Shown: positions 1 through 11,876 of the stretch, one piece after another
How positions within the stretch are numbered: position 1 is the first letter of the stretch
Layout of the letters: every line of letters starts with the position of its first letter
Translations under genes and position numbers: made by a program
Origin: an uncultured Candidatus Binatia bacterium
GTDB lineage: Bacteria > Desulfobacterota > Binatia > Bin18
Reading direction: 5' to 3'
DNA length: 64,000 bases
Assembly (NCBI GenBank): GCA_965242795.1
Contig: OZ251505.1
Coordinates: 363,000 to 426,999 of the forward strand
Notes under the pieces: model-generated
Seen by the model: the letters and a program-made list of their open reading frames with translations, nothing else
The model's database searches: none
Told to the model about the DNA's origin: nothing

Positions 1-130
1 CCTCGCGCAGGCGGCCCAGGGTCGAGCGGCTGCGGCGCCCTTCCCATTCGAAGACCGGCAATTTTCCGGGATCGAACAGGGCCACCGTCCCGAACAGATC
101 GAACAGGACGGCGCGGTAGGGTTGCGGCAT
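1..130 (-). CDS. HAD-superfamily hydrolase, N-terminal fragment (gene continues beyond window start)
   Basis: Minus-strand translation from ATG near 130 gives MPQPYRAVLFDLFGTVALFDPGKLPVFEWEGRR... The DLFGTV motif is HAD motif I (DxDGT/V-like). Truncated by the window edge. Confidence 0.5.
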   Translation of the reverse strand, partial: MPQPYRAVLFDLFGTVALFDPGKLPVFEWEGRRSRSTLGRLRE

Positions 131-254
131 GGGCGCTCGAAGTCGGGGAATTCGGAGGGGGTGGCGGAGTGCGACCTTGTAACCGCGGGGTGTCGTTCGT
201 GCAAGTTGTAGAGCGTGTCCGCGTTCGAGATTCCTTGCTTGTTCGTGGCGTGCG

Positions 255-565
255 GCGAACCCTCACCCCAACCCTCTCCCAGAGGGAGAGGGAGTTATGC
301 TTTCTATTGGGGATTATATACAAGACGGTCCCAAAGACTGTTTTTCCCCGTCGTAACTTGTGAAAGCAGGTATCCATCCCCTGGATTCCCGCTTTCGCGG
401 GAATGACGACCGGTTAGGATATTCAAGTATGTAATTCCCTTTTTATTCTTGTGCCCTCTCCCTCCGGGAGATCGATCCCCCCATCCCTCCTTTGTCAGGA
501 AGGCTTGAACTCTCATTCCCCTTCTACCCCCTCTCCCTCTGGGAGAGGGTCGGGGTGAGGGTTCG
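255..565. repeat. Low-GC core of about 225 bp flanked by a roughly 36-bp near-perfect inverted repeat (possible MITE-like element)
   Basis: Left arm around 255-295 (gaaccctcaccccaaccctctcccagagggagaggg) is the near-exact reverse complement of the right arm around 525-565 (ccctctccctctgggagagggtcggggtgagggttc). The interior 300-520 is conspicuously AT-richer than its surroundings and contains the hairpin ttcccgctttcgcgggaa. Confidence 0.4.
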
Positions 566-694
566 GCCCGCAGCAGTGAGTCAACCCGGCAACGACGAGC
601 CGATATACAACCAAGGCCCGGGCTGCGTATGGTGGTTGGATGCGGCTTGCGGACAGGATCGAGAGGGCGGCGAGATACGCGGAGGAGTAGAGGC

Positions 695-2143
695 ATGACG
701 GATACCGAAATCGGTACTGACGCGCGGAAAGAAGCCTCGGAGGGCGGCGCGGACGAGTATCTCGCCCGACGTCGTCTGAAGAAGGGCGTGGCCGGCTGGG
801 TGCTGCTCGCCGGGCTCGGCGTCGCGTACGTGATTTCCGGTGAGTTCGCCGGGTGGAACTTCGGCTTGGCGCACGCGGGGTTCGGCGGGATGCTGGTGGC
901 GACCTGCGTCATGGGGCTGCTCTACCTCTGCCTCGTGCTGACGCTGGCCGAACTGTCCGCCAGCCTGCCCACCGCGGGCGGCGGGTACAGCTTCGCCCGC
1001 CGCGCCCTCGGCCCCTGGGGCGGGTTTCTGACCGGCACCGCCATCCTGCTGGAATACGCCATCGCGCCGGCCGCGATCGCCGTGTTCATCGGCAGCTACG
1101 TCGATGCCCTGATCGGCCTGGACGGCCCCGCGGTGTACGCCGCGTGCTACGTGGTGTTCGTCGGCCTGCACGTCTGGGGCGCGGGCGAGGCGCTCAGGAT
1201 CATGCTGGGCATCACCATCCTGGCGGTGCTGGCCATTCTCGTGTTTCTGGTGGGCATGCTGCCGGCTTTCGAGAGCGCCAACCTGTTCGACATCGCGGTG
1301 AATCCCCGGGCCGCCGGCGCCAGCGTCTTCCTGCCCGAAGGCTACGTCGGCATCTGGGCCGCCCTGCCCTTCGCCATGTGGCTGTTTCTCGCGGTGGAAG
1401 GCGTGCCGCTGGCCGCGGAAGAAGCCGCGGATCCGGGCCGCGACCTGCCGAGGGGCATCATCGCCGCGATGCTGGTGCTGCTGGTCTTCGCGGCCGTCGT
1501 GCTGGTGCTGGTGCCGGGCGGCGCGGGCGCGAACGCCATGCAAGCCCACGGCGCCCCGCTGGTCGGCGCCCTGCAGGCGGTACATGGCGCCGATTCCACC
1601 GCGGCGCGCTTCGTGAACTTGGCCGGCCTGTTCGGCCTGATCGCCAGCTTCTTTTCGATCATCTACGCCTACTCGCGGCAGGTCTTCGCCCTCTCCCGGG
1701 CCGGCTATCTGCCGCGTTTTCTCTCCGTCACCGGCGAGCGCAAGGTGCCGGTCTGGTCGCTGACCGTCCCCGGCGTGCTTGGCTTCGGGCTGTCGCTGAC
1801 CGGCGCCGGCGACCTGATGATTACGATGGCGGTCTTCGGTGCCACGATTTCGTACGCCCTGATGAGCCTGTCGCACGTCATCCTGCGTCGGAAGGAGCCC
1901 GCCTTGCCGCGGCCCTACCGCACCCCGGGCGGCGTCGTCACCTCGACCGCCGCCCTGCTGTTGTCGCTGGTGGCGCTGGCCTCGACCTTCGCGGTCAGTT
2001 CGCAGGCTGCGCTCTGGTCCGGGTTCTTCTATTTGGTGATGATCGCGTATTTCGCGCTCTACAGCCGGCACCGCCTGGTCGCGCACGCCCCGGAAGAAGA
2101 GTTCGATCTGATCGGCAAGGCGGAATCCGAACTGGGCCGCTGA
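695..2143 (+). CDS. eat: ethanolamine permease (APC superfamily amino acid permease)
   Basis: ORF 629..2143 with ATG at 695 preceded by ggaggag. Contains GEFAGWNFGL, LAELSASLPTAGGGYSFARRALGPWGGFLTGTAILLEYAIAPAAIA, many TM helices. Matches the ethanolamine permease (Eat) family signature. Confidence 0.85.
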   Translation: MTDTEIGTDARKEASEGGADEYLARRRLKKGVAGWVLLAGLGVAYVISGEFAGWNFGLAHAGFGGMLVATCVMGLLYLCLVLTLAELSASLPTAGGGYSFARRALGPWGGFLTGTAILLEYAIAPAAIAVFIGSYVDALIGLDGPAVYAACYVVFVGLHVWGAGEALRIMLGITILAVLAILVFLVGMLPAFESANLFDIAVNPRAAGASVFLPEGYVGIWAALPFAMWLFLAVEGVPLAAEEAADPGRDLPRGIIAAMLVLLVFAAVVLVLVPGGAGANAMQAHGAPLVGALQAVHGADSTAARFVNLAGLFGLIASFFSIIYAYSRQVFALSRAGYLPRFLSVTGERKVPVWSLTVPGVLGFGLSLTGAGDLMITMAVFGATISYALMSLSHVILRRKEPALPRPYRTPGGVVTSTAALLLSLVALASTFAVSSQAALWSGFFYLVMIAYFALYSRHRLVAHAPEEEFDLIGKAESELGR

Positions 2144-2349
2144 AGGTTCGTTCGGGTTCGCCATGCCTTCGTACCCACTCTCCCTCCGGGTCGGATGCGC
2201 ACGAGATGCGCGTGCTCCCGGGTTCGAAACGGGGAGCGGACCTGCGCGGCGCCGGCCCGTGCGCCATTCCTACTTGTACTAGCAGGGGGCGTGTATTATG
2301 GTTCCGCGTGGCGAGCGGGAACGCGGAGAGACGTTCGGAGGAGCAGCGT

Positions 2350-4800
<2,451 letters not shown>

Positions 4801-4888
4801 GCGGTTCGCGTTCTCGCGGCGCGCGGCCCGGTTTCCTCATTCGGGCCGCGGACGGGGAGGCGTCTTCTGCCGGGGACACGTCCCGAAC

Positions 4889-6076
4889 ATGGCCATCCCG
4901 ACCATCAACCAATTGGACCTCGCCCATAAGCGGGTCCTGATGCGGGTGGATTTCAACGTCCCGCTCGGCCCGCAACGCGAGGTGACCGACGCCACCCGTA
5001 TCCGCGCCGCACTGCCGAGCATCCGGTACGCCGTCGAACGCGGCGCCAAGCTGATGCTGGCATCCCACCTGGGCCGCCCCAAAGGAGCGGTCGAACCCGG
5101 GCTGAGTCTCGAACCCGCGGCGCGGACGCTCGAAACGCTGCTGGGCCGGCCGGTCGCACTGGCCGGGGATTGCATCGGCCCCGCGGTGCGGCAACAGGCC
5201 GAGGCGCTGTCCGACGGCGGCGTCCTGCTGCTGGAAAACCTGCGGTTTCACGCCGGGGAGGAGGCCGACGACGCGGGATTCGGCCGCGAACTCGCCGAAT
5301 CGGCGGACGTGTACGTCAACGACGCGTTCGGTGCGGCGCACCGTGTGCATGCGTCCGTCGTCGGCGCGGTAGTGCATTTTCCGGTCGGACAGCGCGGCGT
5401 GGGGTTGCTGATGCGCAAGGAACTGGACGCCCTGTCCGCGCTGCTGGACGCGCCGCAAAAGCCGTTCGTCGCAATTCTCGGAGGCGCCAAAGTGTCCGAC
5501 AAGATCGGCCTGATCCGGAACCTGCTGCCGCGGGCCGACGACGTCATCGTCGGCGGCGGCATGGCTTATACGCTGTTGCAAGCGCAGGGGGTCGCTATCG
5601 GAAAGTCGTTGGTCGAGCCGGACAGAGTCGAGGAAGCCGGACGGCTGCTGGAAGCCGCCCGTATGCGCGGCGTGGGGATCCACCTGCCCGAGGATCACGT
5701 CGTGACCGAGGCGCTGTCGCCCGGCGCCCGCTCCGAAACCACCGCGGACATCCCCGACGACCGGCTCGGCGTGGACGTCGGCCCGCGCACGGTCGCCCGG
5801 TTCCGCGAAGTCCTGCAATCGGCCAAGACGGTCTTGTGGAACGGCCCGATGGGAGTCTTCGAGATGGCGCCGTTCGACCGCGGCACGCGTGAGGTCGCAC
5901 GGACCGTCGCGTCCCTGACGGACTGCTTCAGCGTGGCGGGCGGCGGCGACACCGTGGCCGCACTGACGCAGGCGGACTTGGCTGGCCGTATCAGCCACAT
6001 TTCGACCGGGGGCGGCGCCGCGCTGGAATTTCTGGAGTCGGGCGACCTGCCCGGTCTGGCCGCCCTGCGTGCCTAG
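4889..6076 (+). CDS. pgk: phosphoglycerate kinase
   Basis: [26 protein letters not shown]... full-length PGK signature, 395 aa. Confidence 0.95.
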   Translation: MAIPTINQLDLAHKRVLMRVDFNVPLGPQREVTDATRIRAALPSIRYAVERGAKLMLASHLGRPKGAVEPGLSLEPAARTLETLLGRPVALAGDCIGPAVRQQAEALSDGGVLLLENLRFHAGEEADDAGFGRELAESADVYVNDAFGAAHRVHASVVGAVVHFPVGQRGVGLLMRKELDALSALLDAPQKPFVAILGGAKVSDKIGLIRNLLPRADDVIVGGGMAYTLLQAQGVAIGKSLVEPDRVEEAGRLLEAARMRGVGIHLPEDHVVTEALSPGARSETTADIPDDRLGVDVGPRTVARFREVLQSAKTVLWNGPMGVFEMAPFDRGTREVARTVASLTDCFSVAGGGDTVAALTQADLAGRISHISTGGGAALEFLESGDLPGLAALRA

Positions 6077-6162
6077 TCCAAGAGATTCCAACCGGAAATG
6101 TTTTCGGGTTGAAGTCCGCTGGTCGGTTCACCGGCTCGGTCAACGCCGAAATCTCACCTCCG

Positions 6163-6190
6163 TAGGGGCGACCGGCCGGTCGCCCCTACG
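6163..6190. repeat. Palindromic REP-like element (family B: GTAGGGGCG-loop-CGCCCCTAC)
   Basis: gtaggggcgaccggccggtcgcccctac is a perfect 28-bp palindrome downstream of pgk. The same stem with different loops recurs at several other sites in the window. Confidence 0.6.
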
Positions 6191-6433
6191 GCCCCGGACG
6201 TGATCCGGGGAATGTAGGGAGAAGGCAAAGGTCGCCGCCTCGGTTTCAACGAATATTCACGTCCGCCTCTCCATGACGATTTCGAACTAACATATGACGG
6301 TCGCGCGGCTTGTCGAAAAAATCATTTTCTGACATAAACTTTTCCGACTCGACACCGGAGAAAAGCCGTTCGTATCGATTGCCGCGTCCCCGCGGGATAT
6401 GAAGGACGGGCGGAAGAGAGAGGGGGAAGGGAC

Positions 6434-7246
6434 ATGCTTCGAAGGACTCGCTGTTTTCAGTCGATGTGGGGAATCGCGCTGGCGTTCCTCCTGGCAAGCT
6501 GCGCGACCGAAAGACAGACGCGCGCGCTGTACGGCGCGTCGCTGGGCGCCGCGATCGGTGCCGCCGCGGCCTCCGGGCTGGGGGACGACGACAAAGGATT
6601 GGCGGTCGGGCTGGGCGCCGGCGTCGGGGCGCTGGTCGGCGGCGTGTTGGGTTATTATTCCGGGGAGGACCCTCAGAAACGGTGTTGGAACGGCAGCATG
6701 GTCGGCATGGACGAAACCTGCCCGCCGAAGCAGAAGCGGTGTTGGGACGGCAGCATGGTCGGCGAGAACGCGGACTGCCCGCCTCAGCAGAAAGAATGCT
6801 GGGACGGCAGCACGGTCAACGTTGATGACGACTGCCCGCCGCAGAAAAAGTGCTGGGACGGCAGCATGGTCGGCACGGATCAACCCTGCCCGCGGATCAT
6901 CCTGCGCGGCATCAACTTCGACTTCGACGCGGCCGCGATCAAGGCGGAATCCGAGCCCGTCCTGGACGAGGCGGCCCGAACACTGATGGAGAATCCCGAC
7001 GTCCGCGTGCTGATCGAGGGACACAGCGACGCGCGGGGACGCGAGTCGTACAATCAGCGATTGTCGGATCGCCGCGCCAACGCGGTCAAGGATTACCTCG
7101 TCGGCAAGGGGGTCGCCGCGAACCGGCTCGAGGCCGTGGGACGCGGTGAGAACGACCCGGTAGCGCCCAACATGGATGAAGCCGGCAACGACAATCCCGA
7201 AGGACGCGCCATGAACCGCCGGGTCGAACTCATCTTCTCGCAGTAG
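6434..7246 (+). CDS. OmpA-family lipoprotein with four tandem Cys-rich repeats and a C-terminal OmpA/MotB peptidoglycan-binding domain
   Basis: Lipoprotein signal ...LAFLLASC. Four repeats KRCW(N/D)GSMVG...CPP(K/Q)QK. C-terminal OmpA_C-like block (NFDFDAAAIKAESEPVLDEAARTL...RVLIEGHSDARGRESYNQRLSDRRANAVKDYLV...). Confidence 0.85.
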   Translation: MLRRTRCFQSMWGIALAFLLASCATERQTRALYGASLGAAIGAAAASGLGDDDKGLAVGLGAGVGALVGGVLGYYSGEDPQKRCWNGSMVGMDETCPPKQKRCWDGSMVGENADCPPQQKECWDGSTVNVDDDCPPQKKCWDGSMVGTDQPCPRIILRGINFDFDAAAIKAESEPVLDEAARTLMENPDVRVLIEGHSDARGRESYNQRLSDRRANAVKDYLVGKGVAANRLEAVGRGENDPVAPNMDEAGNDNPEGRAMNRRVELIFSQ

Positions 7247-7326
7247 ACTGTCGAAAGTCGATTCGGTCCACGACGCGCCTGCGGCCCGTCCGCGTTCGCT
7301 CGTGACTCATCACACCGCACGAAACC

Positions 7327-7380
7327 GCAGAGGAACGCCGGGTCGGCAAGAACCCGGCGTTCCTCTTTTCCGTTTACGGA
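7327..7380 (+). terminator. Rho-independent terminator candidate after the OmpA-family gene
   Basis: agaggaacgccgggtcggcaagaacccggcgttcctct hairpin (15-bp stem) followed by tttccgttt. Confidence 0.6.
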
Positions 7381-7619
7381 GCGCGGCGGCCCGGACGCTC
7401 CGCCATCCCCTTCCCTGCTGCGCTCTCGCCTTCGGTGCGGCGCTGAGTCTCTGTCTGGTGTGGACCGACACTGTCCGCCCACAGAATCGCAGGCTGCCGA
7501 TCGGCCCGTCCGCTGGTCGGTCGAACGAACCGGCAACGTCGATTTCGCGTCCGGACGGCTCTCGTCACGAGACCGCGGACGATCGCGCCGCGGCCGTGCA
7601 GGCGCGGCTGAGTTTCGAG

Positions 7620-7931
7620 ATGTTCACGCGGCTGTGGATGGAAAAATTGATGGACTCGGAACGGTTCCATAAGAACGAGCGGCTCACCGTCACCGAAACC
7701 GCGGACGGCGTCATCGCCGAATATGCCGGGTATCTCCCCGACCGCGACACCACCGTCAAGGCGACGAGTTCCGCGGAGACCCCCTTCATCGGCATCCTGC
7801 ACTACTACCAGACGACCATGCGCAGTGTCGGCAAGACGAGACAGCAAGCGGTGCGCGGGCCGTTCGAGCAGGCTGAAAAGAACAGGGTCTCCGAAATCTT
7901 CCGCTATACGAAGGACGCATGGGTGTATTAG
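7620..7931 (+). CDS. hypothetical small protein (about 103 aa)
   Basis: Internal ATG in ORF 7302..7931 (MFTRLWMEKLMDSERFHKNERLTV...). The region has locally lower GC and codon usage that looks coding. No recognisable domain. Confidence 0.3.
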   Translation: MFTRLWMEKLMDSERFHKNERLTVTETADGVIAEYAGYLPDRDTTVKATSSAETPFIGILHYYQTTMRSVGKTRQQAVRGPFEQAEKNRVSEIFRYTKDAWVY

Positions 7932-8084
7932 GGAGACGGGCGGGCGTCCGACGTGCCGATAGCAGGGACGGAGCGGAAGACGCGCCCGACGGGAGCCGCC
8001 GCCCTTGCCCGCGGGCGCGACATCCGCAACCATAGCCGCGGCGGGTTTCGGGAATTCCAGCCCCGCGTCAACGAAAGTCCCGGC

Positions 8085-9464
8085 ATGAGATATTTTCGCT
8101 CGGTCGTCTTCCTCCTCGGCTTGATTGCGGGCCCCGTCCACGCGGAAGACGCGCCCGAACCGGCACACGGCTGGCAGGTTTCGGAACTCGTGCTCGACAA
8201 CGGGCTGACCGTCCTCATCCTGGAAGACCGCCGCGCCCCGGTCGCCACGCTGCAAGTCTGGTATCACGTCGGCTCGCGCAACGAGCGGCCCGGCCTGACG
8301 GGCATCTCGCACCTGCTGGAACATCTGATGTTCCGCGGCACGCCGACCTACGGCAAAGGCGAGTTCTCGCGTCTGGTCAAGGAGCGCGGCGGACGACACA
8401 ACGCGTTCACCTCGACCGACTACACGGTTTATTTCGAGAGCGCCGCGGTGCAACATCTCGACCTGTTTCTGGAACTCGAAGCCGACCGCATGGCGCATGC
8501 GCTGCTGACCGAGGAAGGTTTTTTGGCCGAACAGAAGATCGTGATGGAAGAGCGCCGGCAGCGTACCGCGGACGAGCCGGCCTCGGACCTGTGGGAACAG
8601 GTCAGCGCCGCGGCGTTCACCGCCCACCCCTACGGCTGGCCGATCGTGGGCTGGATGCACGACCTGGAGTCCATGCGCCTGGAGGACGTGCGCGCCTACC
8701 GGCAGACGTACTACTCGCCCGGTAACGCCACTCTGGTGATCGCCGGCGACGTGGACCCGGACACCTTGCTCCCGCACGTCCGCACCCATTTCGGCGCGCT
8801 GCCCGCGGGACCGGCACCGCCGCCCGTCACGTCGCGCGAGCCGCCCCAGCGCGGCGAACGCCGCGTGCAGCTCCGACGTCCGGCATCGCTGCCGGTGTAC
8901 ATCGCCGGCTATCACGTCCCCAACCTCGAGGACGACGACAGCTTCGCCCTGTCGCTGGCCGCGGTGCTGCTCGGCGGCGGACGCAGCGCGCGGTTGCAGC
9001 GCAGTTTGGTGGAAGAACAGCGGCTCGCCCTGAGCGCGAACGCCGGGTACGACCGCACCTCGCTCGACCCGAAACTGTTCACCCTGTCCATGCGCGTGGC
9101 TCCGGGACGCACGTGGCAGGACGCCGAACGCGCGTTGGAACGCGAGATCGAAAAACTCCAGACGACGCCCGTTACCGCCAAAGAGCTGGAACGCGCCAAG
9201 AATCTCGTGGAGTCGCAGTTCACGTACGCCCAGGACTCGCTGTTCTACCGCGCCCTGCAACTCGGACAGTACGCCGCGTTGGGCGACTGGCGCCGCATTC
9301 TCGACGTCATCCCCGGCCTGCGGGCCGTCACCGCCCAACAGGTCCGACAGGTCGCCACACGATATCTGCACCGGGACAACCGGACGGTCGGCGTCCTGGA
9401 ACCCGATGGCACCCCACTGCGCGAATCTCCCGCGGCGCCGATCGGAGGTAGCCGTGTGCACTGA
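8085..9464 (+). CDS. M16 (pitrilysin/insulinase) family zinc metallopeptidase, active subunit, secreted
   Basis: Signal peptide MRYFRSVVFLLGLIAGPVHA. Inverted zinc motif HLLEH...E (GISHLLEHLMFRGT). Typical M16 N and C domains. Confidence 0.9.
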   Translation: MRYFRSVVFLLGLIAGPVHAEDAPEPAHGWQVSELVLDNGLTVLILEDRRAPVATLQVWYHVGSRNERPGLTGISHLLEHLMFRGTPTYGKGEFSRLVKERGGRHNAFTSTDYTVYFESAAVQHLDLFLELEADRMAHALLTEEGFLAEQKIVMEERRQRTADEPASDLWEQVSAAAFTAHPYGWPIVGWMHDLESMRLEDVRAYRQTYYSPGNATLVIAGDVDPDTLLPHVRTHFGALPAGPAPPPVTSREPPQRGERRVQLRRPASLPVYIAGYHVPNLEDDDSFALSLAAVLLGGGRSARLQRSLVEEQRLALSANAGYDRTSLDPKLFTLSMRVAPGRTWQDAERALEREIEKLQTTPVTAKELERAKNLVESQFTYAQDSLFYRALQLGQYAALGDWRRILDVIPGLRAVTAQQVRQVATRYLHRDNRTVGVLEPDGTPLRESPAAPIGGSRVH

Positions 9465-10851
9465 CGGATTCCGTTCGAGGCCGTGCGCGCGGCAATGGAC
9501 GCCGCGCCACGTCGGCGCGCTGGTCGGATGGATGGTGGCGTTCGGGGCCGTCTGGCTTCCCTCCCCGGTCTCTGCGGCACCACTCGGCACCCGATCCGTG
9601 CTCGACAACGGCGCCGTGCTGCTCGTCGCCGAACGGCCCGGCCCGCCGATGGTCGTGCTGAGCATGATCCTCAAGACCGGCGCGGCCGCGGACCCGCCGG
9701 ACAAACACGGCGTCGCCAACCTGACAGCCGAGTTGGTGACGCGCGGGACGCGACGCCACACCGCGCACGCGCTGGCCGAAGCACTCGACTTCCTGGGCAC
9801 GTTGTTATCGGTCAACGCCGGCTACGACAGCACGACGGTCAGTTTGACGACGCTGACGAAGAACCTCGACGCCTCGTTCGCCATCCTCGCCGACGTGTTG
9901 CTCACGCCCACGTTCGCGCCCGAGGAGTTCGAACGCATCCGTGCCGAGGTCGAAGGCGGGCTGCACAGCCGCGAGGAAGACCCGGGCTGGATCGCCGGCA
10001 AGGTCTTCAAGGAAACCCTCTACCCGCAGCATCCGTACGGCCGCCTCGTCTCCGGGCAGGCCGACACGCTGAAGCGCATTACGCCGGCCGACGTGCGGCG
10101 CTTTCACGCCACGTACTACCGGCCCAACAATGCGATCGTCGCCGCGGCCGGCGACATCGGCCGGGAGCGGCTGACCGATCTCTTCTCGACCCATTTTTCA
10201 TCGTGGACGCCCGGCGACCTGCCCGCCCTGACGTGGCCGCCCGAGCCCGACGGGCAGGCCCGGCAGCGCCATCTGCACCGGCCCGTGACCCAGGCCACCA
10301 TCGTGCTCGGCCACCGCGGCATCGCCCGCTCCCACCCCGACTATTACGCCGTCCTCGTGATGAACCACATTCTGGGCGGGGGCGGCTTCGGCTCGCGGCT
10401 GATGGACCGCATCCGCGAAGACAGGGGCTACGTCTATGGCATCGACAGCTATTTTTCGGCCCGCAAACATCCCGGGCCGTTCACCGTCTCGCTGCAAACG
10501 CGGAACGGCAGCGCCCGGCAGGCGTTGGATGAAACCCTGGCCGTGATTCGGCAATTCATCGCCGAGGGGCCGACCGAGGAGGAACTGGCCGCGGCCAAAG
10601 CCTTCTTCGTCAACAGCTTCCCGCTGCGGCTGGTCTCGAACCGGGACGTGGCCGCGCTGCTGCCGCTGGTCGAGTTCTACGGCCTGGGGTTGGACTACCC
10701 GGACCGCTACGCGGACCTGATCGGCGCGGTCACCCGCGAACGGGCCGCCGCGGCCGCCGCGACCTATCTCGACCCCGACCGCTTCCTGCGCGTCGTGGTC
10801 GCCGACCTCGACGAGGCGGGACTGGAGCCCACGCCGGCGGCCGACGACTGA
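9453..10851 (+). CDS. M16 family peptidase homolog (lacks the HxxEH motif; likely the non-catalytic partner subunit)
   Basis: M16 fold (…LVAERPGPPMVVLSMILKTGAAADP...GVANLTAELVTRGT...) without the zinc motif. Predicted signal peptide. Probable GTG start overlapping the upstream M16 stop; ORF track 9406..10851. Confidence 0.8.
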
Positions 10852-11289
10852 CCGCCTCGTAGCCCCCTGCGGTTCGTCACGGCGCGCGAGTCGCTCGGCA
10901 TGTTGCCTCCAGGTAAACCCCCGCCCGACCTGTTAGCGACCTGCCTCCGACACATCGGCGCACCTGACCCACGCTTCGGCGAGGACTGCGCGGTCATCGA
11001 CAAGATGTGTAGGCGTTTCGGCATCGACCTGCTCGGCCTGATCGGATCGGGCGCGCTCCTACTCACCTTGCCCGCCGACAAGTGGCCCGACCTGGACCGT
11101 GCCTATCGAGCCGAGGCGATTCCCGCGGCGGTCGCGTGACCGCCGCGACCGGCATCGATGCGAAGAGAAGCGGACGACCCGTTCCGTTCGTCTATAGTCA
11201 ACAGGACGAACTCCTGAAGGTGTCCGGTCGCAAGAGTTCGGGGTAATGCGCGCCAGCACGGATTGACAGGAAAACACGATTCCAGACAA

Positions 11290-11547
11290 ATGCCTACGAT
11301 CAGTCGGTTCCACGGCATCGTCATATTCATGAACTACAACGATCATCTTCCCCCCCACTTCCACGCCCGTTATCAGGACCAGGAAGTCGTGGTAGAGATC
11401 GAAACAGGAAGGATTCGGGGGAAGATGTCGAGACGGACACTGCAGATGATCTTCGAGTGGTCGGAGAGGTATCGACGGGAACTGCTCGAAAATTGGGAAT
11501 TGGCAAGAGCCCGCAAGCCGCTCCAGCCTATCCCGCCTTTAGGATGA
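11290..11547 (+). CDS. DUF4160 domain protein
   Basis: MPTISRFHGIVIFMNYNDHLPPHFHARYQDQE... matches the DUF4160 N-terminal signature (RF.GI.I.MY..DH.PPHFH). Confidence 0.75.
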   Translation: MPTISRFHGIVIFMNYNDHLPPHFHARYQDQEVVVEIETGRIRGKMSRRTLQMIFEWSERYRRELLENWELARARKPLQPIPPLG

Positions 11548-11556
11548 GGAGGACGC

Positions 11557-11811
11557 ATGTTTTTGCACGTGACCGACGTCAGTCATGTCGGAGCGTATAG
11601 ACTCCGCATCGGTTTCAGCGACGGAGTAGTCAAGGAAACCGAACTGTCGAACGAGTTGTACGGAGAGATTTTCGAACCGCTCAAGGATCCTGCGTTTTTT
11701 CGGCAAGTCCGGGTCAACGAGGAAACCTGCACCATCGAGTGGCCCAACGGGGCCGACTTTGCCCCGGAGTTCTTGTACGAGATCGGGAAGGAGATCGAAC
11801 GAGTCGCCTGA
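11557..11811 (+). CDS. DUF2442 domain protein (frequent partner of DUF4160)
   Basis: MFLHVTDVSHVGAYRLRIGFSDGVVKETELSNELYGEIFEPLKDPAFFRQVRVNEE... The start codon is 10 bp after the DUF4160 stop. Confidence 0.75.
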   Translation: MFLHVTDVSHVGAYRLRIGFSDGVVKETELSNELYGEIFEPLKDPAFFRQVRVNEETCTIEWPNGADFAPEFLYEIGKEIERVA

Positions 11812-11876
11812 CCGGGGAATGCGGCGTTCCAGGGAGTCATGGGACGCGCAGCGCATCCATCTCACTCCGAACGACC

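Noticed and set aside
304-912. 202-aa minus-strand ORF across the inverted-repeat element
   Set aside because: It runs through the IR-flanked low-GC insert and overlaps the permease start. Its translation is repeat-derived (PSPRPSPRGRG).
581-2164. 527-aa minus-strand ORF antisense to the ethanolamine permease gene
   Set aside because: It has Arg/Gly/Gln-rich low-complexity translation typical of antisense frames in high-GC DNA, with no domain. The sense-strand gene has a clear family assignment.
7374-9815. 813-aa minus-strand ORF spanning the M16 peptidase region
   Set aside because: It is antisense to two well-supported M16 genes, has no motifs, and shows high-GC third-position artefact.
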